A DNA stretch of 64,000 bases, from the NCBI RefSeq assembly GCF_020745735.1, contig NC_083402.1, forward strand, positions 42,856,004 through 42,920,003. The letters run 5' to 3'. How positions within the stretch are numbered: position 1 is the stretch's first letter; each line of letters starts with the position of its first letter. The notes below the pieces were generated by a model. That model worked only from the letters and a program-made list of their open reading frames with translations, was not told the DNA's origin and did not search any database. The DNA comes from Hemiscyllium ocellatum. Lineage: Eukaryota. Position numbers and translations under genes: made by a program. This document shows positions 26,728-38,200 of this stretch, piece after piece.

Positions 26728-27184
26728 AAAGTGGGAAGATGTTTTCATTTGTAGGAGAGACTAGGATCCAAGGACACAGCCTTTGAGTAAGTTTCTTGAT
26801 TATCAAAGGGATCAAGGGTTATGAGGAGAAAGCGGGAGAATGAGGTTGAGAAACTTATCAGCAATGACTGAATAGTGGTAGACCCTGTGGACCCAGTTGA
26901 AATGCTCGGTGAACCGTTCTCTAAGTTTATGATTGGTTCTGCCCGATGTAGAGAATGGTGGAGCAGATTCAATAGGCAGAATGGCCTAATTTCTGCTCCT
27001 ATGTCTTATTGTCTAATGGTCTTCTGATCTGCTTCAGATATTAGGTTGACAGGTGAGCTGCTTCAATAAGCTGAGCTGCAAGGGAGAATAACAAAACATA
27101 TATGGCAGTTTTCCTTTCTCCCAACTGAAAAGAATTTGTTACTTTCCTCGTTCATTTATGACTGTCAGACTAGAGGATTGCTGA

Positions 27185-27293
27185 AATTAGAGTGGTGCTG
27201 GGAAAGCACAGCAGGTCAGGCAGAATCTGAGTAGCAGGAAAATCGACGTTCGGGCAGCAGCCCTTCTCCAGCATCTGCAGTCCTCACTTTCAT
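27185..27293. mobile_element. Tiny inverted-junction Penelope-like insertion with 15-bp TSD
   Basis: TSD CTAGAGGATTGCTGA at 27170-84 and 27294-308; antisense terminal-repeat piece ending inside the hammerhead, joined to the sense 3' tail. Confidence 0.75.
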
Positions 27294-27607
27294 CTAGAGG
27301 ATTGCTGAGACCATCAATTTATGAGCACTCCATACCTAAATGAATGCAGTAATGCTGTGATTATGTTGCTGCATGTGGTAATCCCAAGACCTAGACTAAG
27401 AATTTTGAATTCAATTCCTACCAATGCAGAATGTGAAATCAGAAGATCCTTTCACCAGTCAATTTCAGCTGTTGGATTAAGGATCTAGAAGTGGTTAGCA
27501 GAGTTGCCTGCCAAGTGTGATTGAGATTTTAGGTGAGGATGAATTCGAGTTGAGTTGTAAAAAAAGTGTCGTTTTGGAAACTCCAACTGGGCATCACACT
27601 CATTGCT

Positions 27608-27810
27608 GCAAATGTGTTGCTGGTCAAAGCACAGCAGGCCAGGCAGCATCTCAGGAATAGAGAATTCGACGTTTCGAGCATAAGCCCTTCATCAGCTCGA
27701 AACGTCGAATTCTCTATTCCTGAGATGCTGCCTGGCCTGCTGTGCTTTGACCAGCAACACATTTGCAGCTGTGATCTCCAGCATCTGCAGACCTCATTTT
27801 TTACTCGAAG
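27608..27810. mobile_element. Fold-back Penelope-like insertion (75-bp arms) with 15-bp TSD
   Basis: 27605-27679 is the reverse complement of 27695-27769; TSD ATCACACTCATTGCT at 27593-607 and 27811-25; hammerhead core on - strand at 27664-95. Confidence 0.85.
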
Positions 27811-28039
27811 ATCACACTCATTGCTCAAGGTAGTCATGCAGCTTTATATAAATGGTCAAATGGAAGAACTTAGGCAATGATTGGAGTTCATTTCCAGTTT
27901 GTTTTAGAAAAACCTGACTCCGTGTTGCTTATTGGAGAAGAGGGAGTTTTTGTAATGTGTTGTGTTTGAATTTCAGACTGGGTAACGATTGTGGACTTGA
28001 GACTTTAGCTGCAGGAGTTTGTTCAGACTCTTTCCTGCT

Positions 28040-28160
28040 ATCTGGGACTTACCTGGGATTACGTCACGGAGGGGCGGGCCCGGATGGATCACGTGAGCTC
28101 CGCCATTTGTGTTTTGGGAGAAGCGGCGGAAACGGTTGTCTCGGGTCGGTGCAGGTGAGC
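28040..28160 (+). promoter_or_regulatory. CCDC125: CCDC125 core promoter / candidate non-coding exon 1 (donor after 28154)
   Basis: CpG cluster with TTACGTCA (28059-66), GGGGCGGG (28071-78), TCACGTGA (28089-96), CGCCATTT (28101-08) and donor GCAG|gtgagc. Confidence 0.7.
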
Positions 28161-29644
28161 AGGGAGTGACTGGGAATGGGAATGGGAAGAGTCGGGTGAA
28201 GGGAAGCATTTTCTTTTTATTGTTGGATGCTCCGGCCGGGTGGAGCAGTGTTTGTGTGCGCACTAGTGTCTGCCGGCCTCTACAGACTTTCTTTTGGCCC
28301 AATAGGGCCCTTGTTGTTGCTACTTGCATAGTTAAAGTGCTCATTTTTTGAAGTCATCTATTGGTTTCTTCTACATCTGTCATCGAGACAGACTGGTCGA
28401 TAATGTAAAGTAACCAAATTATTTGGAGTGAGACATGTGATCGACCAGTAAATTGCACAACCTTTTATATATAGGGAGTTGAGAGTAATGGGTTAAGACC
28501 TGGGCAGATTAGTCAAGTTCTTCCTGGGCGATGTAGGTTGAGGAGGGATGACTGACTCACTCCTATTTTTATGTTCTCCTGAATTTGTTTTGTGCAGTTA
28601 TTACGTCAGACGCTGAAGACCAAATGCTTCATTTTGTATTCTCAAATATATAAAACAGGATGTTATTTTGTACTTTGTCTGGGCCGATGGGAGGAATGTT
28701 AACTACTTCACAGTTGACTATTCACGGGGAAATTTGTTTGGTAATTCTATCCCTGAAAGAAGGTTACAAATTAACTTCAGTGCATCTGTTCAAGGAGGAG
28801 GATAACCTAAAATGTCCTCCCTGTACTTAAATAGAAAACTGGGTAAACTTCTATGTAAGATAACAAAAATGTAATTTATCCTTATTGTCTGTTGCAAATT
28901 TAGAAATATCTTTCAATGTGAAAGAACTACAGAAGAACCTCAATTGGAACTAGAAATTGTCAGATCCCTGCTGTTCTACCCACTCCACCATTTCCACGAG
29001 AAAAGAATGGACACTAGTATTAATGTTTGCAACTTTGTTTCTAATTTCATACTTGGAAATACTGCTTAATTCCAACTTTGTGATATCATCTCCATTCAAG
29101 CTTTAGCTGCTGACGAAAGCTTTATTCAGTCACCACAATTCCGATTCTTTTTTTAACCAGTCTCTCCAAAATTCAGCAAATTTGGCTAACCCTTGTTTAC
29201 ATGATCAAACATTTATGCTTAAAAATAACAAGTACTTTGTGATTATTTATCTGACAATAAAGGCATTATGAAACTTCAGCTTATTACAGTTTTTATTTGA
29301 CTTGTACACAGAGAAACTAATAGTAGTCTCTAATGAGAAGATAGCTTTGGTGTTCAAGGAAAATAGTGTGTTCGAGCAGAAATATATATTTGATTTACTG
29401 ATCTAGTTAATGCTGATTGCTTTCAATTCCCATATGTTTCCTATTTAAAACACCAACTTGTGCTCAATCATCATGTAACCTGTCCAGGTCTGGAACTCTG
29501 ACAAAACTTTGCATTCCTTCAAATTTCCCAACTATACATTCATGACTTAGCAGCCATGCATTCATCTGCCTTGATCTTAACCTCTGAATTCACCCCCTTC
29601 CTCCAAACCTCTCTTTCTTCCCTGCTCCTCAATCTATCTCTGAG

Positions 29645-30305
29645 TGTTATGGACCAGTCCAGAACCCCTCAAAACATTTCAAGAAAGTAGCTCTGACCCT
29701 AATTTTTCTAGTTATTTTAAGCAGATGTAAACTGGATTTTCACGGAGTGATGCAGCTGGCCCAACCACTTAGTTTTAAACAAATAGAATTTATTTATGCG
29801 CTAACAAAAGAGAACAGTATATGGAATAACGTAACAGCTGAAAAATCTAATTGACTTGATCATAACTTGATGCTGTACCAAATGCTTGCAACATCCCCTA
29901 AACTACTCCCTCTTTCCCCAAACTTTGGCAAAAAGGTAAATTCAAAAACGGGTTCTTAAAGGAGAGAGCGTGCAGAGAGAGAGAGAGAGGATTAGCATGG
30001 AGCTGTGTCTTTGGGTCCAGCAGCTTCTCTGGATTCCCAGCTAAAACTTGACTAGCAGCTGCAAAACAGCCTGACTTAAAAAACCAAACCCTGAACTCTG
30101 AGAAAGGGCCACTTCCCTTTCATTGTATAAGTGTTTTATTAAAAAAAAGTAAGCCTTTTACTTGAGGCAGTATCTTTTAGCTATAATTAAATTGGCCTTA
30201 AAACCCATATAAACCAGACACATCGGAACCTATGCATTTACATCCCTTTTGGGGGGGAGTGGAAACAAGACAGAATAACCTTGTCAAAGGAGCAGCATTG
30301 TCACA
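29645..30305 (-). mobile_element. Solo LTR-like repeat
   Basis: TG...CA termini (tgttat...tgtcaca); second related copy at 46166-46642; AATAAA on - strand. Confidence 0.55.
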
Positions 30306-30906
30306 TTTAGCATTTGCCTTTCTGTACTAAAGCTGTTGTTTTTGCGCTTGTTTTTGATTTTGTGCTTGTACAGCATACTTTGGGTTTTTTTCATTGTGTT
30401 AAATGTACTGGCTAAATGGAAGCTGCTCTGCTTGTTCTTTGAAATTTGAATGTACAACAGTGCAATACTTAAAACCTTGATGCCATGCACTTGGGTCAGG
30501 TCTAACATTGCTCCGAAAATGCAATGGCTAAATGTTTTCAAATGCAGAGGTTGTACTCTTGATCCTACAGTTATTTAGCCTTTTAGTTTTCAGTGCTCTG
30601 CTACTTGGTTCATAAACTGTAAAAACAATAATTATGTTGCCTTTTGGCAACTCAAGGCTCATGCTTCTTCATCAAATCACGAATGATTTCCCATTTCAAA
30701 ATCCACCTTGGGCATAAATCAATAAATTTATGATAGTTAATGGCTAAGAAAGATAGAAAATTTTGTCCCCTTTCCTAGTTATGTGAAGACTTTTCTGTGT
30801 AAATTTCTTTCCACCAGAAACCGTTCCAGTTACCAGAAAAGTCACTTATGTACTTGACTCATTTGTAAAAATATGTAGCCCTGTTTATCAATTCTGTTAT
30901 TACCAT

Positions 30907-31024
30907 ATCAAAGTTTGAGAAGATTTGTAGCTCAGGTTGAGGTTCTGGATGTAGGTTTGCTCGCTGAGCTGGTAGGTTCGTTTTCAGATGGTTCGTCACC
31001 ATACTAGGTAACATCTTCAGTGAG
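30907..31024 (-). mobile_element. Penelope-like 3' end fragment (family B) with degenerate hammerhead 30984..31023
   Basis: Same sequence family as 63593-64000, which carries a GIY-YIG remnant. Confidence 0.7.
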
Positions 31025-31614
31025 CATCTGAAACCTCACATCCTTCTTTGAAAATCCTTCAGTGCTATCATTTGCTATCTACACACAATCTCCTCATCCC
31101 CACAACTTTGAGGTAAGTCTCAAACACCCCTACTCTAAATACTCCATTAGACATGTCATGGTTTTAGCTGTCTAGGCCCCAAACTCTGGAATTCCATTCC
31201 TAAATGTCTCTAGCTTTCTTTCCTCCTCTAAATTATTCCTTAAAATCAACCTCTGACAAAGCTTTGGGCTCTGTCATCTAATATTGTCATATGGGGGCTC
31301 ACTGTCAAACTTTACTTTTTATCATCTGTGAAGTGACTTCGAACATGATACAAAAGGTATCATGTAAACTTGGAATACAAAGAAAAGCTAGCTTAAGTTT
31401 CTGCTGTAATGGTAATAATAGGATGTAGGTTTGTTCGCTGTGCTGGAAGATTCATTTTCAGATGTTTCATCACCATACTAGGTAACATCTTCAGTGAGCC
31501 TCTGGATGAAGCACTGGTGGTTTAGCCTGCTTTCTATTTATGTTAATTATACCCAAGGAAACTCAAACATATAAACAGAAAGCAGGCTATGCCACCAGTG
31601 CTTCATCCGGAGGC

Positions 31615-31654
31615 TCACTGAAGATGTTACCTAGTATGGTGATGAAACATCTGA
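31615..31654 (+). ncRNA. Hammerhead-like motif (family B; mirror copy at 31458..31497 on -)
   Basis: TCA CTGAAGA T GTTACC tagtat GGTGAT GAAA CATC TGA; stem III CGTC>CATC consistent with CpG decay. Confidence 0.6.
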
Positions 31655-32021
31655 AAATGAATCTTCCAGCTCAGCGAGCAAACCTACATCCTATTATTAC
31701 CATTACAGCAGAAACTTAAGCTAGCTTTTCTTTGTATTCCAAGTTTACATGATACCTTTTGTATCATGTTCGAAGTCACTTCACAGATGATAAAAAGTAA
31801 AGTTTGACAGTGAGCCCCCATATGACAATATTAGATGACAGAGCCCAAAGCTTTGTCAGAGGTTGATTTTAAGGAATAATTTAGAGGAGGAAAGAAAGCT
31901 AGAGACATTTAGGAATGGAATTCCAGAGTTTGGGGCCTAGACAGCTAAAACCATGACATGTCTAATGGAGTATTTAGAGTAGGGGTGTTTGAGACTTACC
32001 TCAAAGTTGTGGGGATGAGGA

Positions 32022-32024
<3 letters not shown>

Positions 32025-32066
<42 letters not shown>
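32025..32066. repeat. (TG)21 microsatellite
   Basis: Direct read. Confidence 0.97.
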
Positions 32067-32072
<6 letters not shown>

Positions 32073-34240
32073 GCAAATGATAGCACTGAAGGATTTTCAA
32101 AGAAGGATGTGAGGTTTCAGATGGTGACATCGTTCACTGGGTCTACTTTCAGCCAACAAACAGGAGTAATGGATGAATGGGATTTTGCCTTGGTAGTACT
32201 GTTTTGTGTGACTTTGAGTTAATTAAATACCTTCGATCTCCATTGGAATACCAAAACTCATTTCATTGCTTTTGTTGGGAAGATTTTGGCAAGACTTCAT
32301 TTTTATGTTTCTGTTATGCTGTTACTATTTGAAGGTTGCCGTTCTGTTTGTTTTTGCTAGTTGTTTAAAATGCTAGTTACATTCTGTTCAGAAGAGAATA
32401 CATGCAAATGAATTCTGCTGGTGCATTGCATCATATGCAAAAGTAGGTTTGTTATGCAAGGCCTTGAGGACCCTAGAGCAATTTTGTGATGATGCTATAA
32501 CACCCCTCACTTGATATGAACACTACAGTATGCACAAGAGTTGAGCAGGAAGAGAAGCAAAGAGAATGAGGCAGAAGCCTGAAGTTGAGCCTTGTGAATG
32601 ACAGATGCATGTGGAGGAGACTGATTGGTGTTAGGTGGTAAAGTTGAGTCTTTCGATAATGTAAGACTTGAGCCTAGTATATCTCTGAATATCAAGCATT
32701 TCGTCTTGGTATGTAATAAACATTTACAAAGAAGTTTGTGCATGATGATTGTTCTTGACCTTTGCCTTCTCTCAAACTTGGGGATATGGATAAAACCACA
32801 CAATAGTTGAGCTTAACATGTGTACTATTATTGATGACCTGTAGATACAGAATGTTTTATTTTCAAAGGGTTCAAACTTGCATGTGAGCTGTGATGCTTA
32901 AACTTTTCAATTATTTGAAAATGAAAGATCAGGACAATACTCAAAGTTTTAGCGAAAGTTGGAATTTAGTTGTGTGTCTAAGTAAATCAAAATTGTCATC
33001 TTTGGTTGACTGATAATTCCGTTTAAGATACTTCAATTTATTTCATCATCTCACCTATGCTATTGTCATATTTAGTATTTTTAAACATTAGCTCATGACA
33101 AACATTATATCAGAGTTGGAACGGATTATTGAAGTAACATTTGTGTAAAAATGACTTAGATCATTAGCTGTCCCCTATTAAAAGGCAGAAGGATATTTTT
33201 ACATAGAATGAGTCTTAAAAGCACTAATTTACATTTATAGGGTATTCTCAGTAGAGAAAAGTTCTTAAATTATTGCACAAATGTACAAAATAGGTGGTTT
33301 AGAAAAGTAATACAAACTAAACACTTGGTTGAAGAGATGGACATTTGGATGGACATGAGAAGGAGGAGATGTAGAGGCAGTTGGCTTTACAGTATGAACA
33401 TTGCAGCAGGGGCCTGGGAAGAATAAATTAATCAGATCCAAAAAAATAAAATAGCTGGCTTCTAGGCCTGAAGTAGCTGGAGACATGGTAGCAGTAATCA
33501 TACTGTTGAAACCACAATCCAAAGGTCTGTACTGATGATATGACGATGACCTCAAATCCCATCATGGCAGCTGGGGATTTAAATTCAGTTGATGAAATAA
33601 TTCTGAAATATAAAGCTTTAGTAATGGTGATGGGATGGGTGGGGAGAGAGGAGAAGGAAGAGTTGTATATTTCTGTCTGGTTCACTAAAGCCCTGCAGAG
33701 ATCAGCATATGTTGTTCCTGTCTGTGTGTAATTCTTTGGCTAGGCTGTTTCAAAGGATGCCTACCAATGTTTGAGGGATGGACAATAAATGGTGTTGTCA
33801 GCACAACAGACATGTCTTGAATAAATTTTAAAGTTGGAGATTAATGAGGTGTAAAGCTGTGAAAAGTGTTTGACCACAAGGATAGAAATTCTGAACATGA
33901 ATGTTGGTGATCAGAGTTATTTGTGGAAGTGAACAAGAAACGGATACCCACAGAAGCTGAATAGATATGCAGAGAAGACAAACAAAAAAAGAATCAATCA
34001 ATTTACTGAAAAATATGTGCAGTATAAAGGCATGAAATTATGAGCGGCTAATGTAAATTAGTGAGCTCAGAGATATGAGTGTGATTTGTGAAGACTACAA
34101 TACAGGCAGCAGAGTTCTGGATGAGCTGAATTTTATAGAGGTTGAGTAGGAGAGCTGTGAAACTGTCAAACCTAAAGAAACCAAGACTCAGAATTGAGGT
34201 ACAGATGAACATGAAGCAGGCTCAGAGGTGGGCAGTGCTT

Positions 34241-34276
34241 ATTCCTGATGAAGGGCTTATGCTCGAAACGTCGAAT
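34241..34276 (+). ncRNA. Minimal hammerhead ribozyme motif (family A), start of an ~100-bp element to ~34338
   Basis: ATTC CTGATGA A GGGC ttat GCTC GAAA CGTC GAAT followed by the family tail. Confidence 0.8.
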
Positions 34277-34979
34277 TCTCTATTCCTGAGATGCTGCCTG
34301 GCCTGCTGTGCTTTGACCAGCAACACATTTGCAGCTGTGTTTAAAAAGGGGCAATGGAATTTCATTATAGTGAAAATGAGAGTTGGTAGCATAGTTAATT
34401 TCAATCATTGCTTAATTTGAAGCTTTTTCATTTTGTCATGCTTGTTTGTATCTTAGTTAACTGCTATTTTGGAGTCACTGCTACAGACATAAGTTGAAAT
34501 TTAATTCATAATTGTTATATTAATTCAAGTGTTGCAATATTCTGTTTAAAAATTCATTGAATAGTCCAATCTACACCACCTAGATAGGAAGGTGTGTGAT
34601 AAAATTGTTAGCATTTACATGTAAATCGCATTGAGCTGATAACTGTGCAAAAACAGGTGGCAGGTCAGAAGATTGGACAGTGTGTCAAAAACAGCTCAAT
34701 GGCTAATATATTACTGAGGGGGGAATTATTTAAACATTAACTCTGGTTCTCCACTGAGTTTGAGCACTTTCTGTTTTTATTTCAGTTCTCCCAGCATCTG
34801 CAAGTACTTTGCTCTTACTATAGAGTTAGTTTTTGTTGAATTCGTGAAGGCAGATTGTCAGCTTAACAGAAGTGACATTTTTTTGTAAATTGCATTATTT
34901 TATAACATATTCATTTTCTCTATGTGTCAGTTCTTTTTTCCCTGCAGATAGTTTGGCAGCTAAAGGTGTGAAACATCAA

Positions 34980-35289
34980 ATGTCTGAAAGACACGAATCA
35001 AAGGTGAAAACAGAAGAGGAGGATGATATGTCCTGTGGAGACCTGGGTGATGGCCTTTGCAGGAAACCTGGCGGAATTTATGAACAGACATCAGGTGCGA
35101 TTGCTGAGACCATAAGATCAAGACATGGATCAGATGTCGATGACTCTGTTTTTAGTACAAGTGTAACTGAAGATGAGAAGAATGCAATTACATCTTCCCA
35201 CTGGACCAAATACAATAATCTACACAATTCATTTCATAAAGTAACAACTTCTGATGGGACAAGTACAAGCAGGCGGTCGAGCAGCAATG
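34980..35289 (+). CDS. CCDC125: CCDC125 first coding exon (acceptor at 34948, ATG 34980)
   Basis: ccctgcag|ata...ATG TCT GAA; ends AAT G|gtaatc; lies within ORF 34872..35300. Confidence 0.9.
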
Positions 35290-38200
35290 GTAATCATTAA
35301 CAATTGTGCATTACTCTGAAGATCAGGTTTGGTAAAGCTGTGAAAATTTTAACATGTCTCTCGCTTTCAAATCTATTTTTGAGTGACATCTTATTACTTT
35401 AGATATAGCGGTCAAAACGTGTCTAAACCTCAAATTTTTATCTTGGTTGACAACTCTGGCTGGTAGTTATTTGTGCCCTTTAAGTGAAAAGTGCAACTTC
35501 CTGAACATCTATAACATGCAATTTATTTGAAAGTTTCAAGTAAAAATCTCCTGTCATACGGGATGGATTATGAAGTACAAAAGGATGAAAAAACATTTAT
35601 ACACTCGTATACAATCTCTGCACTGATTTTGAAAAAAAAAGTTACAAGTGATCCATGAGAAACACAGTTCTCCAGAAAGGAAATCAATTTAAACTAACAT
35701 ATGTCAGAGTACAAATTGAAGTTTCTTTTCCTTCAAACATTTCAAAGAAATTTTGATTATCCAATTGTTGATACCATTGGGCGAAAATTTAGGAGTAAGA
35801 TAGAATTCAAGAACTTTTTCAGGAAAAGGTAATGTTCATGAGAGATTGAGGCAGAATTTTTTTCACGTGTTTGAATTATTTGGCTTAATGGAGTGTGTTG
35901 AGATTGAAGGTAAGTGGATAAAACTGATCTTGTTAATGACTCTTGGAACTAATACTTTTCTTAAAGCCCCCAAGTGTGATTTGTGTTCATCTCACCAATC
36001 TAAGGTTTTTTTGAGTATATGATATCACAACTCTATTAAATGTTGAATTTTAAGAAATGTAATTTTTATCTTCCCTTCTAGTAACTTGTTTTTATTTTTA
36101 TTTTGTTTATTCCAGTCTGAAAGATTAATAGAGAATGTTCTTTTGAGACCATCATATTTGTATTTTATTTTTTATTATTTTCAAAATTTGGAACTTAATT
36201 TAGATTGAGTTGAGTTTTGAATAGCTATTTCTTTGAATAGAGAAGAGAACAAAAGCAGATGTTATCTGTTGGGAACTGGTCTGGAAAACAATGCAAACTA
36301 ATTAGTGTACTATCTACACTGTAGACAGATTGGCATTGAATTGTTTGTGTTAGAGGTTGGTGGTTGTTTGGGTGTTGAATTGGTCAGTCAAAGGAGGACC
36401 GGTGCCAGCCAGCCAACCACAAGGAATGTTGATTAATAAGAGGACAAAGAGTCAGGAATGACTTTTTTTGTAGGAGATAATGATTTTCTAGAATCTCTAC
36501 AGTGTGGAAACAGGCCATTTTGGCCCAACAAGTCCACACCGACCCTCCAAAGAGTAACCCACCCAGACCCATTCCCTGACCATATTAGCCTACATTTATG
36601 CCTGACTAATGCACCTGAACTACACATCCCTGAACACTCTGAGCAATTTAGTTTGGCCAATTCACCTCACCTGCACATCTTTGGATTGTGGGAAGAAACC
36701 GGAGTATCACGCAGACACTGGGAGAATGTGCAAACTGCGCATGGTCTTCTGAGGCTAGAATCGAACCTCGGTCCCTGGTGCTGCGAGGCAACAGGGCTAA
36801 CCGCTGAGACACCGTGCTGCCCTCAATTTGGAAGCTTCTGGACTGGCTACTCTGTTTTGCATTCTCTGATCTCTCTCCACTTATTGATTTGTTTAATGTT
36901 ATGAGAAAAGAATCCTAGGCTGTAAGAAATCTGTAAATATTTCTAAGTCTGCTGAAATTGCTTGCATTAATGTGACTTCAGAATTTGAGCGAGATGTACC
37001 GTTCTATATGCCTGTGAACAACTCATTGTCCAAGGATTTCACGAAATTGTAGTTCTTTGATTTTCTTTATAATTTAGACTTTAACCACACTCCCATATAG
37101 GCAGACACAGTTATGATCAAAGAAGCATGGAGTTAGATTTTAGCTTTTAATTAGACTGCTGCCTTGTTCATTTGTGATCTGCTAAAATTACTTTCTTAAT
37201 AATTAATTTTTGTTGAAGTTATCAACTTGGTGTCTAGGATCTGTTGTTTGTGAAGTCTGATTGGATGCCATTGGGCAGTTTTGAGGTCTTGAATGTGTTA
37301 ATTTCACTGACTTCACAATCCACTAATACTGAGGCTGATTTGGTTTCTCTTGCTATCTCTATGTTGTAATACCATCTTTGCCATCCTTTTGTCTTAGGAA
37401 ATAGTTCAGAATGATCTGACTTTAATGCATTATCAAATAATGGGAAGTACCCACTAACATTACCAACAATAAGATAAAATAGCTTGCATTCAAATTTGTA
37501 CTGTACCCCAAGTGACTTCACAACAGCATTATTAAACATAATTTGTCCAAGGAATCTAAGGAGCATCTTCTCAACCTATCTGCAGCCTTTGACATGGTTC
37601 AATATATTATCATACTCTGCTTCTGTTGTCTGTCTTTGTAGGACACCTCTTGTCTTGTTTGGGTCTTAAGTCTATCATCAGGTATGGAAAATTACTTGCA
37701 TAACTTCTGTTTCTGATCTTGCATTTCTAATTATTGTGTTTCAAAGGATCAGTTGTGGCCTTCCTCCTCCTCCAGGAGGTAACATCATTGATACTGAACA
37801 ATGGGCAGGTTAAGAAAGGCCCCAGGGCTACTTCAGCTGGAACATGGATTGAACTCTCCACTATTGGCATCATTCTGAACAGCATGATGTCTAACCAGCT
37901 CCTAATTCTGATTTACATGGTGTCTTTGAGTAATATTGTCAAAAACCGCAGTGTTCTCGCATGAAATCTTGACTACACCTAGCTCTCCCCCTTCACTACT
38001 TTTAGTGATTCCTCTGGTGTTGCTGAATTGTCCCACAAGTTCTCTGACATCGAATATTAAATAAACAGAATTTTTCTCCAATCAAGTGTTGGAAAGACAT
38101 TATTTCCACAAAATACAGCTTATGGAATAAATAATCAATTGCACTTGAATCAAGTTAGCAAAAACCGATATTTAATTAACAGTTTTGAAAGTACACAGTA

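Larger units (their letters stand above)
23310..27020 (+). mobile_element. CR1 ORF2 remnant with nested MITE and SINE
   Basis: ORFs 25351..25974 (YLDFKKAFDKVP, QGSVL, FADD) and 25976..26257. Confidence 0.85.
31025..32123. repeat. ~1.1-kb palindrome (arms 31025-31541 and 31571-32123) centred on family B Penelope repeats
   Basis: Arms are reverse complements; the main length difference is (TG)21 vs (TG)3. Confidence 0.9.

Noticed and set aside
34872-34979. N-terminal extension of CCDC125 in the supplied 142-aa ORF
   Set aside because: Starts at GTG inside the polypyrimidine tract upstream of the acceptor at 34948; first ATG is 34980.
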